Of a stretch of 64,000 bases of DNA, positions 1-10,701 are shown piece by piece. The notes under the pieces are model-generated. The model ran no database searches. It saw only the letters and a list, made by a program, of their open reading frames with translations, and had not been told where the DNA came from. Made by a program: the position numbers and the translations under genes. Every line of letters begins with the position of its first letter. Positions within the stretch are counted from its first letter, which is position 1. The stretch comes from Holophagales bacterium (GTDB taxonomy: Bacteria > Acidobacteriota > Thermoanaerobaculia > Multivoradales > Multivoraceae): positions 482,847 through 546,846 of the forward strand of contig VXVC01000012.1 in NCBI GenBank assembly GCA_009836625.1, written 5' to 3'.

Positions 1-1512
<1,512 letters not shown>

Positions 1513-1606
1513 GGCCACGATAGCAGCCGTTGCGCTTTGCACGGGTCCGGCAGGCGCCGCCCGGCGGCGGCCGGCCCGGTCGGGCGAATAGAATCGAAGC
1601 GCCTCG

Positions 1607-4309
1607 GTGCGCGTCGAGATGGACATGGACCCCACAAACAGGCCAAGGACGGACCCGGCCCGCCAGGACGTCGACCCGGCCGAGACGGCCGAATGGCTCG
1701 AAGCCCTGGACGCGGTGATGGAGCGCGAAGGGCCGGAGCGCGCGCACTATCTGCTCGAAACCCTGGTGGACAAGGCTCGGAGGTCGGGCGCCTACCTGCC
1801 CTACAAGGCGACCACCGCCTACCTGAACACGATCCCGGTGCAGGCGCAGGAGCCGTTGCCGGGCGACGCGGACATCGAGTGGCGGATCCGCAGCATCGTC
1901 CGCTGGAACGCGATGGCGATGGTTGTCCGGGCCAACCATGACTACGAGGGGCTGGGCGGGCACATCGCGTCCTTCGCTTCCGCCGCCACCCTCTACGACG
2001 TCGGCTTCAACCACTTCTTCCACGCCCCGTCGGAGCAGCACGGCGGCGACCTGGTCATGGTCCAGGGGCACTCTTCGCCGGGCATCTACGCGCGCGCCTT
2101 TCTGGAGGGCCGGCTGAGCGAGGAGGAACTGCTGCGTTTCCGGCGCGAGGCGCGGCCGGGGGGCCTATCGTCCTACCCCCATCCCTGGCTGATGCCGAGC
2201 TTCTGGCAGTACCCGACCGTGTCCATGGGGCTCGGCCCGTTGATGGCGATCTTCCAGGCGCGGTTCATGAAGTACCTCCACAACCGCGGCCTGGTCGACA
2301 CCGAAGGGCGCAAGGTGTGGGCCTTCATGGGCGACGGCGAGATGGACGAGCCGGAGTCCCTGGGATCGATCTCGCTGGCCTCGCGCGAGAACCTCGACAA
2401 CCTGATCTTCGTCGTCAACTGCAACCTGCAGCGGCTGGACGGGCCGGTCCGAGGCAACGGCAAGATCATCCAGGAGCTCGAGGCCGTGTTCCGGGGCGCC
2501 GGCTGGAACGTGATCAAGCTGGTCTGGGGCTCCTACTGGGATCCGCTGCTCGCCCGCGACCGCCACGGGCTGCTGCGGCGGCGCATGGAGGAAGCGGTCG
2601 ACGGCGAGTACCAGGCATACAAGGCGAGCCAGGACGGCGGCTTCGTGCGCGAGCACTTCTTCGGCAAGTACCCGGAACTCAAGGCCATGGTCGCCCACCT
2701 GACCGACGAGGACATCTGGCGGCTCAATCGCGGCGGCCACGACCCGCACAAGATCTACGCCGCCTATGCGGCGGCGATGAAGCACGCCGGCCAGCCCACC
2801 GTCATTCTGGCCAAGACGGTCAAGGGCTACGGCATGGGCGAAGCGGGCGAGGGGATGAACATCACCCACCAGCAGAAGAAGATGGGACTGCGGGCTCTGA
2901 TGGGTTTCCGCGACCGCCTCGACATCCCCGTCTCGGACGAGGAACTGGAGGAGACGCCCTTCTACCGGCCGCCGGACGACAGTCCGGAGGTCCGCTACCT
3001 GAAGGAGCGCCGCGAGGCGCTGGGCGGCTACCTGCCGGCGCGGGAGGTCGAGGCCGCGCCGCTCGAGGTGCCCGACCTCTCCGCCTTCGACGCCCTGCTG
3101 CGGTCCAGTCGCGGCCGCGCGTTCTCGACCACGATGGCGTTCGTGCGGCTGCTGACCCTGCTCACCAGGGACCCGGCGATCCGCAACCGGCTGGTCCCGA
3201 TCGTCGCCGACGAGGCGCGCACCTTCGGCATGGAGGGAATGTTCCGGCAACTCGGCATCTACGCCCCCACGGGCCAGCTCTACGAGCCGGTGGACGCCCA
3301 CAAGATCGCGCCGTACAAGGAGGCCCGCGACGGCCAGATCCTCCAGGAGGGGATCAACGAGGCGGGAGCGCTCTGCTCCTGGATGGCGGCGGGCACTTCG
3401 GCCGCGAACCACGGCTTCCACATGATCCCGTTCTTCATCTTCTACTCGATGTTCGGGTTCCAGCGCGTCGGCGACCTGATCTGGGCCGCCGCCGACATGC
3501 AGGCGCGAGGTTTCCTGATCGGCGGCACCTCCGGGCGGACGACCCTGAACGGCGAAGGTTTGCAGCACCAGGACGGTCACAGCCATCTGGCCGCGTCGAC
3601 GGTGCCGAACTGCGTCTCCTACGACCCGACCTACGCGTACGAGCTGGCCGTCATCCTCCAGGACGGGTTGCGCCGGATGTACGCGGACGGCGAACCGGTC
3701 TTCTACTACCTGACGACGCTGAACGAGAACTACGAGCACCCGAGGATGCCCGAGGGCGCCGAGGACGGAATCCGGCGCGGGCTCTACCGGATCAGACCTG
3801 GTTCGCGGCACCGCAAGCGCGCCACGCTGCTTGGCTCGGGCGCGATTCTGCGCGAGGCGGAGGCCGCCGCCGAGATGCTGGAGGAGGACTGGAAGGTGTC
3901 CACCGAGGTGTGGTCGGCGACCAGCTTCAACAGGCTGCGGCGCGACGGCATCGAGGTGGAACGCTGGAACCGCCTCCATCCGGGCGAGGAGAAGAGAGTG
4001 TCCTACGTCCGGCAGTGCCTGACGGGCCGCGGCGGCGTCACCGTCGCCGCGAGCGACTACATGAAGGTCTACACGGACCAGATCCGCGCCTTCGTTCCGG
4101 GCCCCTACCGCACGCTCGGCACCGACGGCTTCGGTCGCAGCGACACCCGCGAGGAGTTGCGTGCCTTCTTCGAGGTCGACCGCCGGCACATCGTGGTGGC
4201 GGCGCTGGCCTCGCTGGCCGAGAACGGCGATATCGAATCCGAGGCGCCTGCGAAGGCGATCGAGGCCTACGGCATCGACCCGAACGCACCGAACCCGGCC
4301 ACCGCGTGA
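1607..4309 (+). CDS. aceE: Pyruvate dehydrogenase E1 component, homodimeric type
   Basis: 900-aa ORF. The N-terminus DVDPAETAEWLEALDAVMEREGPERAHYLLETLVDKARRSG parallels the E. coli AceE N-terminus, and the length fits. The true start may be the ATG at 1619 or 1625 rather than the GTG at 1607. A TAGAAT -10-like hexamer lies at 1588-1593. Confidence 0.93.
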   Translation: MRVEMDMDPTNRPRTDPARQDVDPAETAEWLEALDAVMEREGPERAHYLLETLVDKARRSGAYLPYKATTAYLNTIPVQAQEPLPGDADIEWRIRSIVRWNAMAMVVRANHDYEGLGGHIASFASAATLYDVGFNHFFHAPSEQHGGDLVMVQGHSSPGIYARAFLEGRLSEEELLRFRREARPGGLSSYPHPWLMPSFWQYPTVSMGLGPLMAIFQARFMKYLHNRGLVDTEGRKVWAFMGDGEMDEPESLGSISLASRENLDNLIFVVNCNLQRLDGPVRGNGKIIQELEAVFRGAGWNVIKLVWGSYWDPLLARDRHGLLRRRMEEAVDGEYQAYKASQDGGFVREHFFGKYPELKAMVAHLTDEDIWRLNRGGHDPHKIYAAYAAAMKHAGQPTVILAKTVKGYGMGEAGEGMNITHQQKKMGLRALMGFRDRLDIPVSDEELEETPFYRPPDDSPEVRYLKERREALGGYLPAREVEAAPLEVPDLSAFDALLRSSRGRAFSTTMAFVRLLTLLTRDPAIRNRLVPIVADEARTFGMEGMFRQLGIYAPTGQLYEPVDAHKIAPYKEARDGQILQEGINEAGALCSWMAAGTSAANHGFHMIPFFIFYSMFGFQRVGDLIWAAADMQARGFLIGGTSGRTTLNGEGLQHQDGHSHLAASTVPNCVSYDPTYAYELAVILQDGLRRMYADGEPVFYYLTTLNENYEHPRMPEGAEDGIRRGLYRIRPGSRHRKRATLLGSGAILREAEAAAEMLEEDWKVSTEVWSATSFNRLRRDGIEVERWNRLHPGEEKRVSYVRQCLTGRGGVTVAASDYMKVYTDQIRAFVPGPYRTLGTDGFGRSDTREELRAFFEVDRRHIVVAALASLAENGDIESEAPAKAIEAYGIDPNAPNPATA

Positions 4310-5604
4310 GCGACACCGTTCCCGTCGTCGTTCCTGACATCGGCGACTTCGACCAGGTCGACGTGGTCGAGGTGCTGGTCGCCGTGGGCGACGACGTCTC
4401 GATCGACCAGTCCCTCATCACGCTGGAGAGCGACAAGGCCTCGATGGAGGTGCCGTCTCCGGCCGCCGGCCGGGTGGTCGAGATCGCGGTCGAGCTCGGC
4501 GGCCAGGTAGGCGAGGGCGACCTGATCCTGACGATCGAAGCGGCCGAGCCGCCGGCCGAGGAACGGGAAGAGGCGGCCGGGCCGTCCGAAGAGTCGGATC
4601 CGAGCGCCGTGGAGGCGACCGCGCCTGCGCCTTCCCCGGCGCCCCGTCCGTCGCCCTCGCGACGGCGGCCGCCGCCGCCGGCCGCAGGCGGTCTCGCCAC
4701 CTCCACCAGTCCGCCGCACGCCAGCCCCGCGGTGCGAAGGTTCGCCCGCCTGCTTGGCGCCGACCTCACGAAAGTGTCCGGCAGCGGCGCCAGGGGCCGG
4801 ATCCTCCGCGAGGACGTGGAGGCCTTTGTCAAGGACGTCATGACGGGCCGCGGACCGGCGGCGGGCGCGGGCATCCCGCCGGTCCCGGAGATCGACTTCT
4901 CGAAGTTCGGCCCGGTCGAGTCGAAGCCGCTCAGTCGCATCCGCAAGCTCTCGGCGGCCAACCTCCACCGAAGCTGGCTCAACGTCCCGCACGTCACCCA
5001 GCACGACGAGGCGGACATCACGGACCTGGAGGCCTTCCGGCGCGCCCACCTGGACGAAGCGCGCGAACGCGGCGTCCGGCTCACGCTGCTCGCCTTCCTG
5101 ATGAAGGCGGTGGCGGCGTCATTGGCCGAGTTCCCGGAGATGAACTCGTCGCTGGCGCCCGACGGCGAGTCGCTGATCCTCAAGCGCTACTTCCACCTGG
5201 GAGTGGCGGTCGATACGCCGGACGGTCTCGTCGTGCCGGTGGTCCGCGACGTCGACCGCAAGAGCGTCTACGAGCTGGCCGGGGAACTGGGAGAGGTCAG
5301 CGGCCGCGCCAGAGAGCGTAAGCTCCGGCCCGCCGACATCCAGGGCGCCAGCTTCACGGTTTCGAGCCTGGGCGGCATCGGCGGCACCGCCTTCACGCCG
5401 ATCGTCAACGCACCCGAGGTCGGCATCCTGGGCGTCTCGCGCGCCGTGCGGCGGCCGGTCTACATCGGCGCCGGTCTGGCGCCGCGGCTCATGCTGCCGG
5501 TCTCATTGTCGTACGACCACCGGGTGATCGACGGCGCCAGCGCGGTGCGCTTCACGACTCACCTCTGCTCCGCGCTCGCCGACATCCGCCGGGTCGTGCT
5601 TTGA
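4306..5604 (+). CDS. aceF: Dihydrolipoamide acetyltransferase E2 (one lipoyl domain, E3-binding domain, catalytic domain)
   Basis: GTG start at 4306 overlapping the aceE stop (GTGA). N-terminal lipoyl domain VVVPDIGDF...LITLESDKASMEVPS, an Ala/Pro linker, a peripheral subunit-binding region, and a C-terminal catalytic DHRVIDGA motif. The 1095-aa track ORF in this frame is an upstream read-through artefact. Confidence 0.92.
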   Translation: MSDTVPVVVPDIGDFDQVDVVEVLVAVGDDVSIDQSLITLESDKASMEVPSPAAGRVVEIAVELGGQVGEGDLILTIEAAEPPAEEREEAAGPSEESDPSAVEATAPAPSPAPRPSPSRRRPPPPAAGGLATSTSPPHASPAVRRFARLLGADLTKVSGSGARGRILREDVEAFVKDVMTGRGPAAGAGIPPVPEIDFSKFGPVESKPLSRIRKLSAANLHRSWLNVPHVTQHDEADITDLEAFRRAHLDEARERGVRLTLLAFLMKAVAASLAEFPEMNSSLAPDGESLILKRYFHLGVAVDTPDGLVVPVVRDVDRKSVYELAGELGEVSGRARERKLRPADIQGASFTVSSLGGIGGTAFTPIVNAPEVGILGVSRAVRRPVYIGAGLAPRLMLPVSLSYDHRVIDGASAVRFTTHLCSALADIRRVVL

Positions 5605-7433
5605 CCGAACCGATTCGCATCGTCGTACCGGACATCGGCGACTTCGAGTCCGTCGACGTGGTCGAGGTGCTCGTTTCGCCGGGCGAGCACGTCGATGTCG
5701 AAGCCGGGCTGATCACGCTCGAGAGCGACAAGGCGTCGATGGAAGTGCCGTCGACGCACAGCGGCGTCGTGCTGGAGGTCGCCGTGTCGCTCGGCGACAA
5801 GGTGGGGGAAGGAGACCTGATCGCCGTTCTCGACCCCGGCGACGAGTCGCACCCCGATCAGCGGGTGGAGCGGCCGCGGCATCCGCATGCGCCGCCCGAG
5901 CAGACCGGAGCGACTTCCGGCGCGGACGCGGCGCCTGAACCTGCGGCGGAAGAGCAGGCGGCGCCGGTCGAGGCGGCGACTCCTTCGCCATCTTCCGCGC
6001 CGAAGGAAGTGGACGCGGAGGTCCTCGTCCTGGGCGCCGGCCCCGGTGGCTACACCGCCGCTTTTCGCGCCGCGGACCTGGGCCGGCAGGTCGTGCTCGT
6101 TGAACCGCACGCCAACCTCGGCGGCGTGTGCCTGAACGTCGGCTGCATTCCGTCGAAGGCCCTGCTGCACGCCGCGCGTGTGGTGGAGGAGGCCGCCGAG
6201 TTCGCGGCTCACGGCATCGACTTCGGCGCGTCCGCCATCGACCGGGGCAAGCTGGGCCGCTGGAAGGACGGCGTCGTCGGCCGTCTGACCGGCGGGCTTG
6301 CGCAGCTCGCCGAGCGGCGCAACGTGGAGGTGGTGCGCGGCCGCGGCCGCTTCACCGGTCCTCACGAAGTCGAAGTCGAGGACGGCGAGAGAGGCACGCG
6401 CGCGTTGAGCTTCGGTCAGGCGATCGTCGCGGTCGGCTCGCGGCCGGCGATGATCCCCGGTCTGCCGGAGGGCGATCCGCGCGTCTGGGACTCGACCGAC
6501 GCCCTCGAACTCGACCCGGACTTCGAGCCGGGCGGTCGGTTGCTGGTCATCGGCGGCGGCACCATCGGCCTCGAGATGGCGACGGTCTACGCCGCTCTGG
6601 GGTATCGCGTAACCGTTGTTGAGCTGCTGCCGGAACTCCTCACGGGGGTCGATCGGGATCTCGTGCGGCCGTTGCAGCGGCGGCTGGGCGCCCGCCTCGA
6701 GAACGTCCATCTGGCGACACGGGTCACCGGCGTGAAGGCCCAGAAGAACGGCCTGATGGTCTCGATGGAGGGCGAGAACGCCCCGGGCTCCGGCCTGTTC
6801 GGGCGCGTACTGGTCGCGGTCGGCCGCCGCCCGAACAGCGACCGCTTCGGCGCCGGGGCCGCCGGCATCCACGTCGACGAACAGGGCTTCGTGCCGGTCG
6901 ATGACCAGCAGCGCACGAACGTGCCGCACATCTTTGCGATCGGCGACCTCGTGCCCGGGCCGATGCTGGCGCACAAGGCGACCCACGAAGGCAAGGTGGC
7001 GGCCGAGGTGGCGGCGGGAGAGAAGAGCGGCTTCGAGGCGCGGGTCATTCCGTCGGTCGCGTACACGGACCCGGAGGTGGCCTGGGTCGGCCTGACCGAA
7101 ACCGAGGCGCGCGAGAACGGCACCGCCTACAAGAAGGGCGTCTTCCCGTGGTCGGCGTCCGGCCGCGCGCTGACGCTGGGCCGCGCGGAGGGTACGACCA
7201 AGCTCCTGTTCGATCCGGGCACCGGCCGGGTGATCGGCGCCGGCATCGTCGGGGTCAATGCCGGCGACCTGATCGCCGAGGCGACGCTGGCGATCGAGAT
7301 GAACGCCGACGCCGCCGACCTGGCGTTGACCGTCCACCCGCACCCGACCCTCTCCGAGACAGTCGCCTTCGCCGCCGAGGCGTACGAGGGGACGATCACC
7401 GATCTCTACCTGCCGCGGCGCGGGAAGCGGTGA
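5601..7433 (+). CDS. lpdA: Dihydrolipoamide dehydrogenase E3 with N-terminal lipoyl domain
   Basis: TTG start overlapping the aceF stop (TTGA). N-terminal lipoyl domain (IVVPDIGDF...LITLESDKASMEVPS), then an FAD-binding GAGPGGY and a redox-active disulfide CLNVGCIPSK. The C-terminal dimerisation region is typical of Lpd. Confidence 0.93.
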   Translation: MTEPIRIVVPDIGDFESVDVVEVLVSPGEHVDVEAGLITLESDKASMEVPSTHSGVVLEVAVSLGDKVGEGDLIAVLDPGDESHPDQRVERPRHPHAPPEQTGATSGADAAPEPAAEEQAAPVEAATPSPSSAPKEVDAEVLVLGAGPGGYTAAFRAADLGRQVVLVEPHANLGGVCLNVGCIPSKALLHAARVVEEAAEFAAHGIDFGASAIDRGKLGRWKDGVVGRLTGGLAQLAERRNVEVVRGRGRFTGPHEVEVEDGERGTRALSFGQAIVAVGSRPAMIPGLPEGDPRVWDSTDALELDPDFEPGGRLLVIGGGTIGLEMATVYAALGYRVTVVELLPELLTGVDRDLVRPLQRRLGARLENVHLATRVTGVKAQKNGLMVSMEGENAPGSGLFGRVLVAVGRRPNSDRFGAGAAGIHVDEQGFVPVDDQQRTNVPHIFAIGDLVPGPMLAHKATHEGKVAAEVAAGEKSGFEARVIPSVAYTDPEVAWVGLTETEARENGTAYKKGVFPWSASGRALTLGRAEGTTKLLFDPGTGRVIGAGIVGVNAGDLIAEATLAIEMNADAADLALTVHPHPTLSETVAFAAEAYEGTITDLYLPRRGKR

Positions 7434-7446
7434 CGCCGCGGTCGAC

Positions 7447-7812
7447 GTGAGCCGCCTCGACAAGTGGCTGCAGGTGTCGCGGATGTTCCGCGCGCGTTCC
7501 AGGGCGACCGCGGCCTGCTCCGCCGGCCGCGTCACGGTCAACGGCCAGCAGGCCAAGGCCCACCGCCAACTCAAGGTCGGCGACCGGATCGAGTTCAGGA
7601 TCCGCGACTGGAAGCGGATCCTCGTCGTGCGGGAACTGCGGGACCGGCCGCTGCCGAAGGCCGAGGCGCCGCGGCTGTACGAGGATCTGAGCCCGCCCAG
7701 GCCAGAGCCGCCTGACCGTGACGCTCAGGCTGTAGCGGTTCCTGCTCACCGCCGCCGCGGCGCCGGCCGTCCAACCAAGCGGGACCGGCGGCTGATCGAC
7801 CGGCTGCGCTGA
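7447..7812 (+). CDS. S4-domain RNA-binding protein (Hsp15/HslR-like)
   Basis: GTG start. LDKWLQVSRMFRARSRATAACSAGRVTVNGQQAKAHRQLKVGDRIEF matches the S4 / heat-shock protein 15 fold. The Arg-rich C-tail is typical. Confidence 0.7.
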   Translation: MSRLDKWLQVSRMFRARSRATAACSAGRVTVNGQQAKAHRQLKVGDRIEFRIRDWKRILVVRELRDRPLPKAEAPRLYEDLSPPRPEPPDRDAQAVAVPAHRRRGAGRPTKRDRRLIDRLR

Positions 7813-7838
7813 CGCGGGGCGCGCTACAGTCCGGCACT

Positions 7839-9662
7839 ATGCCCACCAGATCGTCCTTGATCCGATTCGCTGCCGTCGTCGCGCTCGTCACGCTGTCCGC
7901 GGCCGCTTGCACCGGTCCGCTGCCGGAGCGCTCCACGGGTCCCTCGGGCCCGGCATACGACCCCGCTACCGACCCGCTCGTCAACCCACCGACGCTGACC
8001 GAGCCGTACCCGTTCGATCGGCCGGAAGTCGTGGCGCGGGACGACACGCTGGTGCGTTACATGCTGGGCGATCCGCGCACGCTGAACCCGATCTTCGCCA
8101 TCTTCTGGGAGGACTACTACCTCTCGGGCGCGCTGTTCCAGGCGCTGACGACGCGCAACGCGGACATGACGACGGTGTGGAACCAGACCATGGTCGAAGA
8201 GGGCGTGATGGCGGACGACTGGAAGAGCGCCCGCGTGCGCATCCGGCCGGGGCTGACCTGGCACGACGGCAGGCCGTGGACGATGCACGACCTGAAGTTC
8301 ACCTACGACATGGTGGCCTCGGACGACGTGCCGGCGGCGATGTACAAGCACGACGTGGACCAGGTCGAACGGATCGACGTGATCGACGACCTGACGGTCG
8401 AGTTTCACTTCAAGGACGCGCTGGTCACGAACATGCTGGCGATGCGGGTCCCGCCGATTCCGCGCCACATCTGGAACAACCCGGAAGAGCTGGCAAACGA
8501 CCCGACGATGCGGAGCAGCGAGTACTTCAACCACTACGCGCGCGAGGAAGTCATCGGCTCGGGCCCCTTCCGGTTCGTGTCCTGGACCCAGACCGACAAG
8601 ATCGTCGTCGAACGCTGGGACGACTTCCCCGACGCCGCCCGCGTGGCACCGTTCAAGAGGGTGATCTACCGGCCCCAGAGCGACCGCAACCTCGGTCTGC
8701 TCCTGTTCAAGAAGGGCGAACTCGACGAGTACTGGTTCACACCGCAGCAGTTCGCCACCCAGAGCAACGACGAGGAGTTCGAGCGGTTTGGCGTCAAGGG
8801 CTGGGCGCCGGCGCGGCGTATCTCGAGGATCGGCTGGAACCAGGACGGCAGCAACCCCTTCTTCACCGATGTCCGCGTGCGGCGGGCGATGACCCACGCG
8901 TACGACCAGAAGCGTGTGATCCGCGACGTGACCTACGGCGTCTACCTCGAGACCGACCAGCTCTGGGACAAGGACCACATGGGCTACAACCCGGACGTCC
9001 CCAAGTACCCGTTCGACCTGGAACGCGCCGGCGAGCTGCTGGACGAGGCCGGCTGGCTACCGGACCCCGATGACGGCTGGCGGTACAAGGAGATCGACGG
9101 CGAGAAGGTGAAGTTCTCGTTCGAGCTGGAGCTCTCCCAGACCTTTGACGACGCGGTCAAGATGGCCGACATCTACCGCGAAGACCTGCGCAGCATCGGC
9201 GTCGAGCTGACGCTTCGCCAGTTCGAGAACGCGACTCACGAACAGCACCTGCTGGAGCACGAGTTCCAGGCCCACGCCGACGCCGACGAGGTGACGACCG
9301 ATCCGGACCAGTGGACGATTCGCCTCCACTCGACGAGCTATGACAATGCCCGCAACTACGTCGGGTACAAGAGCGACCGGGTCGACGACCTGCTTGAGCG
9401 CGGTCGGCGCGAGTTCGACCCCGAGGCCCGCGCCGCGATCTATCGAGAACTGGCCTACGTCGTCGCCGAGGACCAGCCGTTCACGATGATGTGGAACTAC
9501 TCCGAGATCCGGGCTTTCAGCAAGCGCCTCCGCGGCGTCGAGTTCGCGCCCTCCGGCGTTTTCCTGTTCCAGCCGACTCCGCCTCCCGGCAGCGACTGGT
9601 GGACCAGCCCCGGCTGGTGGACGCACCGCGACGACGTCGCCGCGTACGCCTCCGGCGGCTAG
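7839..9662 (+). CDS. ABC transporter substrate-binding lipoprotein, family 5 (peptide/nickel/opine type)
   Basis: 607 aa. Signal peptide plus lipobox (LSAAAC). Conserved SBP_bac_5 blocks (LGDPRTLNP, RPGLTWHDGRPWTMHDLKFTYD, FRFVSW). Confidence 0.8.
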   Translation: MPTRSSLIRFAAVVALVTLSAAACTGPLPERSTGPSGPAYDPATDPLVNPPTLTEPYPFDRPEVVARDDTLVRYMLGDPRTLNPIFAIFWEDYYLSGALFQALTTRNADMTTVWNQTMVEEGVMADDWKSARVRIRPGLTWHDGRPWTMHDLKFTYDMVASDDVPAAMYKHDVDQVERIDVIDDLTVEFHFKDALVTNMLAMRVPPIPRHIWNNPEELANDPTMRSSEYFNHYAREEVIGSGPFRFVSWTQTDKIVVERWDDFPDAARVAPFKRVIYRPQSDRNLGLLLFKKGELDEYWFTPQQFATQSNDEEFERFGVKGWAPARRISRIGWNQDGSNPFFTDVRVRRAMTHAYDQKRVIRDVTYGVYLETDQLWDKDHMGYNPDVPKYPFDLERAGELLDEAGWLPDPDDGWRYKEIDGEKVKFSFELELSQTFDDAVKMADIYREDLRSIGVELTLRQFENATHEQHLLEHEFQAHADADEVTTDPDQWTIRLHSTSYDNARNYVGYKSDRVDDLLERGRREFDPEARAAIYRELAYVVAEDQPFTMMWNYSEIRAFSKRLRGVEFAPSGVFLFQPTPPPGSDWWTSPGWWTHRDDVAAYASGG

Positions 9663-9676
9663 CCGTTCCGCGGCAC

Positions 9677-9857
9677 CCGCCCGTCCAGAGGCCGTGGGAA
9701 GGGGTCCCTGCGGACGCTCGCTCCGGCTTGGTGGATGAGAAGTTGGGCGCTCGCTTCGGTCGACTGCGCTCCGCTAGGTTGTGGGTTACTGGGGGTTGGC
9801 CGGCAGTCGCTTGTCTCCAGCCCGCAGGGACCCCTTCCCACGGCCTCCGCACGGGCT
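9677..9857. repeat. Long inverted repeat (23-bp perfect arms gccgtgggaaggggtccctgcgg / ccgcagggaccccttcccacggc, extending imperfectly to about 35 bp, about 108-bp spacer)
   Basis: Read directly from the sequence: 9691-9713 is the exact reverse complement of 9822-9844. The flanks gcccgtccagagg / cctccgcacgggc extend the pairing with 2-3 mismatches. It sits between the SBP gene stop and vapB. Confidence 0.6.
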
Positions 9858-9955
9858 GAACGCTGTACGCTGCGACGGGCCTCAGCGGCGCTTCGGCTGA
9901 ACATTGGCGAGCCCGCGCAACGGACCGCTGGCGCCTTGCATGGATGACTTGAGTA

Positions 9956-10303
9956 ATGCAGACTAGAGAAATGAACGCACAGCAGCCAACTCGCTTGCCG
10001 GAGTCGACGATTACTTCCCGGGGCCAGACGACCCTTCCCAAGGAGGTGCGTGAAGCGCTTGACCTGAAGGCGGGGGACAAGGTGCGCTACCTCATCTACG
10101 ATGGAGAGGTACGTGTTGCACCGGTTCTGCCGCTTAGTCGGTTGTACGGAGTACTGGAGTACGACGGACCGCCGGTGACTCTGGAGGACATCGAGCGCGG
10201 CATCATCGAGGGTGCCTGCCGCAGTGCACTGGGGGATGACTGGTCGCCGGAGACACCAGAGGAAGCGGAACGGGTCGCCGTCGGAGGCGCCGGTCGTAAG
10301 TGA
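9956..10303 (+). CDS. vapB: AbrB/MazE/SpoVT-family antitoxin (VapB-like)
   Basis: SRGQTTLPKEVREALDLKAGDKVRY is a swapped-hairpin AbrB-type DNA-binding motif. The 3' end overlaps the vapC start (GTGA). The true start may be internal (ATG 9971 or TTG 9995), giving a more typical 100-110 aa or shorter product. Confidence 0.7.
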   Translation: MQTREMNAQQPTRLPESTITSRGQTTLPKEVREALDLKAGDKVRYLIYDGEVRVAPVLPLSRLYGVLEYDGPPVTLEDIERGIIEGACRSALGDDWSPETPEEAERVAVGGAGRK

Positions 10304-10701
10304 TCGCTCTCGACACGAACGTCCTCCTTCGGTTCTTCCTCCGGGATGACGAGGAGCAGGGGGAAGCGGCGGAGAAGCTGCTGCTGCAGTTGACGCTCGA
10401 CGAGCCGGGGTTCGTCAGTCGAGAGGTTCTGGTCGAGCTGGTTTGGGCACTGGAGTACACCTTCCGTTTTGGGCGAGAGCGGATCGCAAGCTTCCTCGAT
10501 CAACTCGTCCACGTTGCGGCGGTCGAGATCGAAAGCGCGAGCGACGTAGCGGAGGCCACAGGCGGCTATCGCCGTGGCGGCGCCGATTTCGCCGACCGGA
10601 TGATCGCGGCCGCGGCGCGGCGCGCTGGCGCAGTGCCGCTCTACACCTTCGACCGGAAGGCGGCGCGGCTGCCGGGCGTCACTCTGGTGGAGCCTCGCTA
10701 G
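10300..10701 (+). CDS. vapC: PIN-domain ribonuclease toxin VapC
   Basis: IALDTNVLLRFF at the N-terminus (first PIN acidic residue), conserved downstream acidic residues, about 133 aa. Coupled to the upstream AbrB-type antitoxin. Confidence 0.85.
   Translation: MIALDTNVLLRFFLRDDEEQGEAAEKLLLQLTLDEPGFVSREVLVELVWALEYTFRFGRERIASFLDQLVHVAAVEIESASDVAEATGGYRRGGADFADRMIAAAARRAGAVPLYTFDRKAARLPGVTLVEPR

Noticed and set aside
2165-4189. 674-aa minus-strand ORF
   Set aside because: It lies wholly antisense to aceE. It has Arg/Gly/Ala-rich low-complexity translation typical of high-GC shadow ORFs.
2317-5604. 1095-aa plus-strand ORF
   Set aside because: Only the last 433 codons (from GTG 4306) are the real aceF. 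The upstream 660 codons are an alternative frame of aceE (Arg/Pro-rich junk).
5559-7574. 671-aa minus-strand ORF
   Set aside because: Antisense shadow of lpdA.
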